Shown here: one piece after another, positions 8,064-15,818 of the stretch
Position numbering within the stretch: position 1 is the first letter of the stretch
How the letters are laid out: every line of letters starts with the position of its first letter
Source of the DNA: an uncultured Clostridium sp.
GTDB lineage: Bacteria; Bacillota; Clostridia; TANB77; CAG-508
Reading direction: 5' to 3'
NCBI GenBank assembly: GCA_947571515.1
Contig: CANOYI010000002.1
Coordinates: 1 to 40,885, forward strand
Length of the DNA: 40,885 bases
The notes under the pieces: generated by a model
Told to the model about the DNA's origin: nothing
The model's input: only the letters and a program-made list of their open reading frames with translations
Database searches by the model: none
Position numbers and translations under genes: made by a program

Positions 8064-9113
8064 TTATTTTTTCTTATTAAAATAAACATACGAACTAATT
8101 AAAGCTATTAAAACCACAATAACTGGGATATAAAGATTGCTACCTGTTTTTGGTAGTTTTTTTGGTGTCTCTTCTGGGTTCACTTCTTCTACTTCTGGTT
8201 CCTCTGGTGTAGTAGGCTCTGTTGTTTCTGGTACTACTGGTGTTACAGGTGTTGCCTCTGCCAATACAGTAAATGGAAAAGCTTTTTCTATAATAACTTG
8301 GTCAGAATTATCTCGATCGATTAATTTTAAAGTAATTGTATAATCTCCTGCCTGATTAAAAATTGCTTTTGTTTGTAATACTTGTAAAACGTCCTTTCCC
8401 CCTATTTTATAACCTTGTGCATCTCCCCAACCACTTTGAATGATATCATGTTCTAAACTAGCTTGGTCAGTTGCTAATAATTGAACAGTAGCTCCTGCTG
8501 GTGTTGTTGCTTCTGCAATTAATCTTGCGTGTTCATAATAACGCCCCATTGGAGAAGAATAAGAAAGTGTCATTGCCTTTTCTTCTTCTTTTATAATTTC
8601 TCCTGTGTGTTCTAATTTTAATGTGTAGTCTACATAGACTGGTTCAACTGTTACATTTTTAACAATTGGTGTTGTAATAGCATCAAATTGAGTCGTTCCA
8701 TCTGCATTTGCCAAATCATCTGCTGTAATTGTAAATTCAGTTGGGTTAGAAGTGGTAAGATCTGCTTTTGCACGGAAAGTTACACTCATATTTGTTTTTG
8801 GACTTGTACCATTTGCTGTATCATCATAAGCCACTTGAACTTTACTTGTTGTGTCATTTACTGTTGTATCACTTGCGGTTCCTCCTTCTGCTGATACATA
8901 GTCAAAAATGTTGTTGTCATAGGCTACATTAAATGTATATTTGCCTAAGTCTTGTCCAAATTGAACGGTTACTTTTACTTCTTCTCCTGGTCTTACAGTC
9001 GTTTTGTCTGTTTGCACATCAATCGTATCTAAAGCTGCTGCATAACTATTTCCAGTGAAAATAAGTACAGTTAAGAATGTTACGATAGCAAAAATGCTAA
9101 TAATTTTTTTCAT
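8064..9113 (-). CDS. LPXTG-anchored surface protein with a cohesin-like N-terminal domain and a Pro/Glu/Thr stalk
   Basis: Signal peptide ending SYAAA. RPGEEVKVTVQF...FNVAYDNNIFDYVSAEGG resembles a cohesin domain. LPKTGS plus a hydrophobic segment plus KKK forms the sorting signal. Adjacent to the sortase gene. Confidence 0.8.
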   Translation of the reverse strand: MKKIISIFAIVTFLTVLIFTGNSYAAALDTIDVQTDKTTVRPGEEVKVTVQFGQDLGKYTFNVAYDNNIFDYVSAEGGTASDTTVNDTTSKVQVAYDDTANGTSPKTNMSVTFRAKADLTTSNPTEFTITADDLANADGTTQFDAITTPIVKNVTVEPVYVDYTLKLEHTGEIIKEEEKAMTLSYSSPMGRYYEHARLIAEATTPAGATVQLLATDQASLEHDIIQSGWGDAQGYKIGGKDVLQVLQTKAIFNQAGDYTITLKLIDRDNSDQVIIEKAFPFTVLAEATPVTPVVPETTEPTTPEEPEVEEVNPEETPKKLPKTGSNLYIPVIVVLIALISSYVYFNKKK

Positions 9114-9249
9114 AAAAATTTTCCTCCTTTTTTGTTTTATATTTCTATTATGTCAATTTTTCTTTTAGATTATAAAAAAAACACAATAGAAATTTTTTCT
9201 ATTATGTTTTTTTCCTTTATTACATATAATAAATTTACGATTTTATCAA

Positions 9250-9825
9250 TTACATACTATTTTTACCACATAATTTTCTTTGCAACTCTCTTAGTTGTTC
9301 CACTCCTTCACTTTGTTCCTTCACAATCGAATCTGCCACCAATTTTAATCTTGGATCAATACGATATTGCAATAAATTTTCGCACATAGCAATAGCACCT
9401 TCATGATGTGGTATCATTTCATTCGTAAAATTTAAATTGATATTTGCACATCTAGGAGCATTTTTCATTCTTTCTATCATATTTTTTGTGATTTCCAAAT
9501 ATTTTTGCCTATAGTTATTTACTACTTGCGGTGTATTCGGAAATCCATAAGTAGTTTTCGCAATTTCCTCCATTTGCTTAATTCCTTCTGTTTGCATTTT
9601 TATAATGTTTTTGGCTATTTCTTGTAATGGTTGATATCTTGTATATTCCAATAGATTTTCAGACATATCAATAGCTGCTTGATGATGTGGTATCATACAT
9701 TCTATAAAATTGATAGTTACACTATTAGTTACATTTTGAGATAATATTTTTTCTGCCATCTGATTTAATATTTCATCATATCGACATAGATATCTCTTGG
9801 CTCTAACAATTTGAATATTTTGCAT
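9250..9825 (-). CDS. DUF305 family protein
   Basis: Two MIPHHxxAIxM motifs (MIPHHQAAIDM and MIPHHEGAIAM). Confidence 0.8.
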   Translation of the reverse strand: MQNIQIVRAKRYLCRYDEILNQMAEKILSQNVTNSVTINFIECMIPHHQAAIDMSENLLEYTRYQPLQEIAKNIIKMQTEGIKQMEEIAKTTYGFPNTPQVVNNYRQKYLEITKNMIERMKNAPRCANINLNFTNEMIPHHEGAIAMCENLLQYRIDPRLKLVADSIVKEQSEGVEQLRELQRKLCGKNSM

Positions 9826-9889
9826 TCGTTATCCTCTCCTTTTACTTTTTCTATATCATATATAATTTATCTAAAAAATGTGAATATGG

Positions 9890-9916
9890 GTGCAGTGGGG
9901 ACGTTTCTTTTTGCAC
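9890..9916. repeat. GGGGAC-loop hairpin (singlet REP-like unit)
   Basis: gtgcagtggggacgtttctttttgcac has gtgca/tgcac arms. Related to 4931-4959 and to 36305-36318. Confidence 0.55.
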
Positions 9917-9978
9917 ACTCATTGCACATTGGTATATATTTTCTAAATTTGGAAATACTTTTTTTAGGTGGTGATAAT

Positions 9979-10152
9979 ATGACAAGTAAAGAGCTTTTAT
10001 ACGTTGAAGACGCTTTAGGACATGAAAATTTCATGAAAACCTGTAGCAAAAGCACTTCATCGCAATTACAAGATGTTACTCTTTCTAATTATATAGGAGA
10101 ATTAGAGCAAAAACATACTCAAATTTTCAACAAATTTTTAAACTTATTATAA
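9979..10152 (+). CDS. small protein co-transcribed with the CotF-family gene
   Basis: The track ORF starts at 9811, but AGGTGGTGA precedes the internal ATG at 9979 (MTSKELLYVEDALGHENF...). The upstream part overlaps the divergent promoter region and a repeat. Confidence 0.55.
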   Translation: MTSKELLYVEDALGHENFMKTCSKSTSSQLQDVTLSNYIGELEQKHTQIFNKFLNLL

Positions 10153-10164
10153 AGGAGGTTTCCT

Positions 10165-10413
10165 ATGGAAGACAAAGATTTAATGGAAAAAGAATTATTA
10201 ATTATCAAAGGTGTTTGTGACTTATATCTTCACGGAACAATTGAATCGTCTACTGCTGAAGTTCATTGTGCCTTTAAAGAAGCCTTAAACGAATCCTTAG
10301 ATATTCAAAACAAAATCTACAATTTGATGGCTGAAAAAGGTTGGTACAAAATGGAAAATGCGGAACAAACTAAAATAGATAGTGCAAAACAAAAATTTAG
10401 TGCTAATAATTAA
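10165..10413 (+). CDS. spore coat protein F (CotF) family protein
   Basis: 82 aa. DKDLMEKELLIIKG...AEKGWYKME matches the Coat_F pattern. AAGGAGG RBS. Confidence 0.75.
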   Translation: MEDKDLMEKELLIIKGVCDLYLHGTIESSTAEVHCAFKEALNESLDIQNKIYNLMAEKGWYKMENAEQTKIDSAKQKFSANN

Positions 10414-10417
10414 CGTT

Positions 10418-10450
10418 AAAAGAGGGGGGCCTAGAGTAGGAACCCTCTTT
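10418..10450 (+). terminator. putative terminator of the cotF-like operon
   Basis: aaagaggg...ccctcttt stem 5 nt after the stop, followed by gctttgtt. Confidence 0.55.
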
Positions 10451-10453
10451 GCT

Positions 10454-10536
10454 TTGTTGTATAGGAGAAATCAAAGATTTTTACCTATACAACAAAAATA
10501 CATTCTACAGAAAATTGCTATGCAATTTTCTGTAGA
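10454..10536. repeat. two further adjacent perfect hairpins
   Basis: ttgttgtatagg/cctatacaacaa is a 12-bp stem at 10454-10495. tctacagaaaattgc/gcaattttctgtaga is a 15-bp stem with a 3-nt loop at 10504-10536. Confidence 0.6.
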
Positions 10537-10701
10537 CGAACAACTAAACAGGACTTGTAAGATATAATTTTAAATATGAAAAAGTTAAATCAAGCCCTTA
10601 TTGTTCTGTTCTGTTAAATAAAACTATGACACTACCTTGGCATTATCAATTCTAGTATAATAAACCGCTTCTCTATATCTTTCATTTTTTCCTTTCCTTA
10701 C

Positions 10702-11724
10702 TTATTTTTCTAAAATTGTGTAACTTCCTTGCGGAAAAACTAATTTTACTTCAGTTCCTTCGCCTTGGACGGAATTCAATTCAATGGCAACACCTAGCTT
10801 ATCACATAACTTCTTACACAAATACAAACCAATCCCTGTTGACTTTTTATTCAATAGCCTTCCATTAGTTCCTGTAAAACCTTTTTCAAAAACTCTCGTA
10901 ATTTCTCCCTTTTTAATACCTATGCCATTATCTTTTACCTGTAAAATCACATTCTCTTTCCCTGATTTGGCATATAGTTCAATTTCAGAATGGCTTTCTT
11001 CTTTTCGATATTTCACACTATTTTGTATCAGCTGATTTAAAATAAAAACAATCCATTTGCTATCGGTATTAACACTTACATCTAAATCATGTATATTGAT
11101 ACTTATTTTCTCTTGAATCAATATATTTTTATTTTTCTTAACACATTCATTTACGATTTCTTTTAAGTTGCTCTTTTTAATGTAATAATCCTTTTCTACG
11201 GTATTACTTCTTGCGTAAAAAAGAGCTTGTTCGGTATAATCTTCTATTTTATCTAATTCTTCATTAATGCTTTTGGTAATCGGATTTTTGTTATTTTCAA
11301 TCACCATTTTACTTGCAGCAATTGGGGTTTTAATTTCATGAATCCATAATTCAATATATTCCTTGTAATCCTCTTGCAAATATTTATACTCATTTACCTT
11401 CTCTAACATAGCTTTATCCGTCTGTTCTAATACTTTTTTTAATATTTTTCCTTCGATAAAATTAGGCGTTTTGATTAATTCATTAACTAAATATTTCTCT
11501 TCTAATCCATCTAGGTTATAAAACACATTTTGATAAAACTTTCTTTTAGAAAGATATTCAATTGTAATTCCTATCAAATAGAATAGTATCAGAATGATTG
11601 GAATATAGAATTTGATAAAGTTCCCAATGGGATAAATGGCTAAAAATACTTCGATTGTGAAGATAGCAAATAACAATAAACCGATTGTGACCAATTTATC
11701 CTTTAAAAAATCTTTTAATCCCAT
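10702..11724 (-). CDS. sensor histidine kinase (two N-terminal TMs, short loop; intramembrane-sensing type)
   Basis: H-box HEIKTPI, DNGIGI and STGIGLYL ATP-binding boxes. Confidence 0.85.
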   Translation of the reverse strand: MGLKDFLKDKLVTIGLLLFAIFTIEVFLAIYPIGNFIKFYIPIILILFYLIGITIEYLSKRKFYQNVFYNLDGLEEKYLVNELIKTPNFIEGKILKKVLEQTDKAMLEKVNEYKYLQEDYKEYIELWIHEIKTPIAASKMVIENNKNPITKSINEELDKIEDYTEQALFYARSNTVEKDYYIKKSNLKEIVNECVKKNKNILIQEKISINIHDLDVSVNTDSKWIVFILNQLIQNSVKYRKEESHSEIELYAKSGKENVILQVKDNGIGIKKGEITRVFEKGFTGTNGRLLNKKSTGIGLYLCKKLCDKLGVAIELNSVQGEGTEVKLVFPQGSYTILEK

Positions 11725-11869
11725 TTTCGATTCCTTTCTTATTTAATTTGAGAATATTAAGTTTCAGTATTTTTTATTGCAAAGTTATAATAAACTCATT
11801 CATATGATTAGTCCGACCAGTAAAGAATGGAATTTTACTATATATTATAACTTTTAAATTTAAATTCAA

Positions 11870-12548
11870 TTACAATAAAATATAGCCTTGTCCTCTTTTC
11901 GTCTGAATCAATTCTTTTAGGTCCAATTCTTCCAGCTTATTTCTTAACCTAGTAACATTAACAGTTAAAGTATTGTCATCTATAAAATTCTCACTGTCCC
12001 ATAGGCACTCCATAATCTCCTCCCTTGATACAATTCTGTCTTGATTTTGCACTAGATATTTTAAAATTCTAAATTCATTTTTCGTTAATTCAATTTCTTT
12101 ATCATCTTTTTCAATCGTACTTTTATCCGTATTTAAAACAAAATGTTTACCAACTATTTTATCTCCGAGCATTTACCCCTATATTAGTTCTCCTTAATAA
12201 GGCTGCTATTTTTGCCAGCAAGATTTGAAGGTTAAACGGCTTAGTAATGTAATGGTCTGCTCCATAGTTTAGACTTAATAGTTCATCTATTTCATTATCT
12301 CTACTGGTTACGATAATAATTGGCATATTCGATTGTTTTCTGATTACTTTGCATATATATTCTCCGTCTGCATTTGGTAAGTTGACATCCAATAATAATA
12401 AATTTGGATTCATTTTTACTATGTCTTGTATGGTATTATCAAATTTTTTTAACGTTTCTGCTTGATATCCATTGTTGTTTAAGAATGTTTCTAATTCGTT
12501 TCGTAATTTTTCATCATCTTCTACAATTAAAATTTTTTGCATTTTCAA
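11870..12548 (-). pseudogene. OmpR-family response regulator split by a frameshift
   Basis: The receiver domain ORF 12159..12548 (ILIVEDDEKL, LLLLDVNLP) and the winged-helix ORF 11870..12172 (LTKNEFRILKYL, RGQGYIL) overlap in different frames. Confidence 0.8.
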
Positions 12549-12630
12549 TCTCTTTCCTTTCTTAAGGCTTAAATGTGGTTGGAAAAAAATTGTAATTATT
12601 TTTCAACCTTAATTTCTCCTAGTTTACTGT

Positions 12631-12668
12631 ATTATCATAACACTAAATTACTAGGAAAAGCAAGTAAT
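12631..12668 (-). promoter_or_regulatory. conserved 38-bp upstream element (copy 1, upstream of the response regulator)
   Basis: attatcataacactaaattactaggaaaagcaagtaat matches 15170-15207 at 34 of 38 positions. The minus strand ends in TGATAAT. Confidence 0.45.
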
Positions 12669-12694
12669 GATCACTTGCTTTTCGAATTATAATC

Positions 12695-12914
12695 TATCTT
12701 ACTGTTACAATTCACAGCTATTTTATTTTATATACTTCTGCAATAGGAATCATATTTATTTTTTCGAAGTTCTGCGTAGGGATGCTACCCTAATAGAAGT
12801 GACCTTAAGCGAATGGAGCAATCTTTGATTGCGACAACAAAGAACAAGAAAAAATAAATATAATTTCCTATTGCAATAACTTTAAATTGTTTTAGCTGTG
12901 AATTGTAACATCTT
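12695..12914. repeat. ~65-bp imperfect inverted repeat enclosing an 80-nt GC-richer core
   Basis: Arms share tgttacaattcacagcta, tgcaataggaa and atatttattttttc with their complements. The core is 12768-12847. The right arm overlaps the stop of the SdpI-like gene. Confidence 0.7.
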
Positions 12915-13536
12915 ACTTTTTTATCAAACAATAAAACCCTTCTATCAAGATAGCGACCACTAGAACAATAATTACAGTAATAGTAGATATTGGTGGAAAC
13001 AAAATACTAACCAATAAAGCAATACCACTAATGACAAAAGTATATCCTAACATTCTAATCATTTTTCGATATGTTTTTTCATCTTTTGGCATAGGATGAA
13101 ATTTTCCCTTTGCTATTTCATAACTCATTTTAGGAAGGTAATTTCCTGTTAAAATCCATAAAATACCAAGCACAAGACATATACTTTTTCTGACATCTAC
13201 TGTACTTCCTAATGGTATTTCAATTAATATCGTTGATACTACAACACTTAATATTGGTATAAACCATTTTACAATCGTAATAAATCTTGGTCTTTTTGCT
13301 TCCTTTTCTTCTTTTCTATCTGTAATGATACAACAAAAAATTTGCAATGTCGTTAAAATAATTGGTATGCCAAATAAAGCGAAATTCTTGGAAGCATAAT
13401 TGTCTACTTCATTATTGATATTAAAGTGTATTGGCATTTGTTCTGGTAGTTGTTGATAAAATATAATTCCTAATAAAATAGGTAATAAGCATACGATACT
13501 TGTTATGATTAAAATTTTCCAATTTATATTTTTCAT
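12913..13536 (-). CDS. SdpI/YhfL-family membrane protein
   Basis: 207-aa polytopic membrane protein, overlapping by 4 nt the upstream ArsR/SdpR-type repressor gene. Confidence 0.7.
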   Translation of the reverse strand: MKNINWKILIITSIVCLLPILLGIIFYQQLPEQMPIHFNINNEVDNYASKNFALFGIPIILTTLQIFCCIITDRKEEKEAKRPRFITIVKWFIPILSVVVSTILIEIPLGSTVDVRKSICLVLGILWILTGNYLPKMSYEIAKGKFHPMPKDEKTYRKMIRMLGYTFVISGIALLVSILFPPISTITVIIVLVVAILIEGFYCLIKK

Positions 13537-13823
13537 TTTTTATCATTCCCTTCTTTATTCATAAATCTATAAATCCATGATAATACCTCTTCAAAAACAG
13601 ATGTATTTAATTCATAATAGATAAAGTTTTTGTACTTGTTCTCTATGATTAAATTAGCTTTTTTTAGCTGAGATAAATGATACGAGACAGTTGCTCCTGT
13701 AAGATTAAATTTTTCTGCAATTTCTCCTGCCGATTTCTTTTCAACTTTTAGCATTTCTAGTATGTCTCTTCTTACTGGATCTGCTATTGCTTTGAGCGTT
13801 TCTGACATTCCCATTTGTATCAC
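13533..13823 (-). CDS. ArsR/SdpR-family autorepressor
   Basis: VRRDILEML...SAGEIAEKFNLTGATVSYHLSQLKKANLI is an ArsR-type winged HTH. Confidence 0.85.
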   Translation of the reverse strand: MIQMGMSETLKAIADPVRRDILEMLKVEKKSAGEIAEKFNLTGATVSYHLSQLKKANLIIENKYKNFIYYELNTSVFEEVLSWIYRFMNKEGNDKK

Positions 13824-13835
13824 TTCCTTTTTGAG

Positions 13836-13916
13836 TATTTAGAAATATTTCTAAATAGATTATACCATCGCTTATTTCGATTGTCAATAACTATTTAGAT
13901 TTTTTTCTAAATAGTT
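13836..13916 (-). promoter_or_regulatory. consensus sigma-A promoter bracketed by two palindromic operators
   Basis: On the minus strand: TTGACA (13882-13887), 17 nt, TATAAT (13859-13864). A 22-bp perfect palindrome tatttagaaatatttctaaata lies at 13836-13857. aactatttaga-N6-tctaaatagtt lies at 13889-13916. Confidence 0.75.
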
Positions 13917-13918
13917 GT

Positions 13919-13959
13919 AAAAAAAAACGGGGGATGTTACTTATTCAAGTTTTATCCCC
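13919..13959 (-). terminator. intrinsic terminator
   Basis: On the minus strand, ggggat...atcccc stem followed by a run of 9 T. Confidence 0.6.
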
Positions 13960-13991
13960 TTTGGCTTACTAGTAAGACAAACATGGCTTTA

Positions 13992-14045
13992 GTGATATTA
14001 ATGTAACATATGGCACTATATCATTACATTCCTCATTAATATCAC
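13992..14045. repeat. 12-bp-stem hairpin with a 30-nt loop
   Basis: gtgatattaatg/cattaatatcac, with nested aatgtaa/ttacatt. Confidence 0.5.
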
Positions 14046-14074
14046 AATCAAAATCATCGATGTATGAAGTTAAT

Positions 14075-14260
14075 TCATTTAATAATATTCATAATATCGG
14101 AAACAATCAACTCTTCTGTTAGATGATATCTCTGATATAACTCTTGTAATGGAACTCGATCTGTAAATTCTTTCTTGGCTCCCAAATTTAAAACTTTCAT
14201 ATTAGAACTGCTATAAAATCTTGCTATTTTTTCGCCGAATCCTCCATCTAAAACGCCATT
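14075..14260 (-). pseudogene. C-terminal fragment of a DXS/transketolase-like protein
   Basis: Hand translation: NGVLDGGFGEKIARFYSSSNMKVLNLGAKKEFTDRVPLQELYQRYHLTEELIVSDIMNIIK*. No start codon and no upstream coding sequence, because the GT2 gene ends at 14304. Confidence 0.45.
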
Positions 14261-14303
14261 TCAGGTATTTTCCTTTTTATTATGTAATTTATTAATAAAT
14301 ATA

Positions 14304-15104
14304 TCATTTAAGAAACTCATCATAAGAATAGGATTTATCATTTTCTATCCAATCCATTAACTTCGATATCTTCAATAGATATTTTTCTTGTTCCATTCGA
14401 TTGATTAAAGATTGTTTTCTATCTTTGTATTTGTCTGCAAAATATAAATATTCTAGTATTTGCATCGTAAAATCTAGTGCTTTTCTTACCGTATAATGAT
14501 CTATCGTTGATGCATTCTCTTCTTTATAGTACACATATAAAATTTCATCAAAATACAATAGCGTCTTAGCCTTGCACATCAACTCCATAGTAAATGAAAT
14601 ATCTTCATGATAACTTTTCTCTTTATATCGTATCCCTTCTGCTAATTCTCTTTTAAAACATTTTAAAGTACAGCAAAAATAATTTGATTTATAAATCTGT
14701 TCTTCTAAAGTATTTTCCTTATTTTCTTCTATCACTTTTTCCTCTTGTCCTAAAATTTGTTTATATTTTACAAATATGATATCTTGATTAGTTATCTCTC
14801 TATCTAATTTTTCTAAAACATCATTTTTATATAAATAATCATCACTATCTAAAAGTATAATATATTTTCCTTTCGCAATATTGATTCCCTTATTTCTTGC
14901 TCCTCCAGCCCCTAATCTATTTGAATTTAATAATTTAACGTCATATTCCCTAATGATATCTACACTACTATCAGTACTACCATCATCGATTACGATAACT
15001 TCATAATTTTGTTTTTTTATACTTTGCGTAAATATACTATTTAAACATCTTCTAATATATTTTTCTTTATTGTAATTAGGAATTACAATTGAAAATTTGT
15101 ACAT
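14304..15104 (-). CDS. family 2 glycosyltransferase
   Basis: SIVIPNYNKEKYIRRCLNSI, DDGSTD and DSDD motifs. Confidence 0.85.
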   Translation of the reverse strand: MYKFSIVIPNYNKEKYIRRCLNSIFTQSIKKQNYEVIVIDDGSTDSSVDIIREYDVKLLNSNRLGAGGARNKGINIAKGKYIILLDSDDYLYKNDVLEKLDREITNQDIIFVKYKQILGQEEKVIEENKENTLEEQIYKSNYFCCTLKCFKRELAEGIRYKEKSYHEDISFTMELMCKAKTLLYFDEILYVYYKEENASTIDHYTVRKALDFTMQILEYLYFADKYKDRKQSLINRMEQEKYLLKISKLMDWIENDKSYSYDEFLK

Positions 15105-15169
15105 AATCTTCTCCTTCGCTTTTATTGTTATGGCTATGCTAAATCTATTAAACTTCTATTTGTTATAGC

Positions 15170-15207
15170 ATTATCATAACACTAAATCAGTAGGAATGGC
15201 AAGTAAT
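15170..15207 (-). promoter_or_regulatory. conserved 38-bp upstream element (copy 2, upstream of the GT2 gene)
   Basis: attatcataacactaaatcagtaggaatggcaagtaat, 66 nt upstream of the GT2 start. Confidence 0.45.
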
Positions 15208-15289
15208 TAATTCTATTTATATTATGTTTGGAAATAGTTAAACTCTTGATTTAAAATTTTTAGAGTTTACTTTTAAAGAATTTAAAAAT

Positions 15290-15400
15290 TTATTTATAAA
15301 TCTGTCCTCTGTTATCCGCCTTTGTCACTAAAATAATTTTATCTTGTTTTTCTATGAATTTCAGGGCTTTAGGTCTAATCTTTATCTTGTAAGTCATCAT
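15290..15400 (-). pseudogene. RelE/ParE-type toxin remnant with an apparent in-frame internal deletion (36 codons)
   Basis: Hand translation: MMTYKIKIRPKALKFIEKQDKIILVTKADNRGQIYK*. The N-terminal part (KALKFIEKQDK) and the C-terminal part (ILV..ADNRGQIYK) resemble the two ends of ~85-aa RelE/ParE toxins. The start overlaps the end of the upstream 98-aa ORF. Confidence 0.5.
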
Positions 15401-15671
15401 AAGTCAACCCCTCTCTTTTTAGTATTTCTTCAAAAGATACTGCATTTTTTAATTCTTTCTCTTTGGTATCTTTGCTTTCTAATAAATAATCTAAATACAT
15501 TACTTTTTCAGTGATATCCATATTTTCTATAAGAATAGTAGGTTCTCTTTTTAAAAGTTCGGAATCAATTGCTTTTTCCATTAAAGTTCTTATTGAATTT
15601 AGACATTCTATATTAAGTCTTGGTGTCATTTTAATCACATCTTTGATGGCTTGGATTTGTGCTTCTGACAT
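15375..15671 (-). CDS. putative antitoxin partner of the degraded RelE-like toxin
   Basis: 98-aa acidic protein. Its last 8 codons overlap the toxin-remnant start, giving typical TA coupling. Confidence 0.5.
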   Translation of the reverse strand: MSEAQIQAIKDVIKMTPRLNIECLNSIRTLMEKAIDSELLKREPTILIENMDITEKVMYLDYLLESKDTKEKELKNAVSFEEILKREGLTYDDLQDKD

Positions 15672-15776
15672 AATAATCAGCTCCTTTCTTGTTATTTTGT
15701 GTGTTTATTATAACAAGATTGGAAGAAAATTACAATAGTTGACTAAAAATATATGGAAATAGAAATATACATATCT

Positions 15777-15809
15777 AAAAACAAGTAGCCATTAACAATT
15801 AACTACTTG
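15777..15809 (-). terminator. nrdDG terminator
   Basis: On the minus strand, caagtag...ctacttg stem followed by TTTTT, 10 nt after the nrdG stop. Confidence 0.65.
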
Positions 15810-15818
15810 CTTAAATTT

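Noticed and set aside
9811-9978. N-terminal 56 codons of track ORF 9811..10152
   Set aside because: This part overlaps the divergent DUF305 gene start and the GGGGAC hairpin, and has no RBS. The internal ATG at 9979 has AGGTGGTGA upstream.
10382-10567. 61-aa plus-strand ORF after the cotF-like gene
   Set aside because: It spans three consecutive terminator-like hairpins, has no RBS, and has an arbitrary composition. It is spurious.
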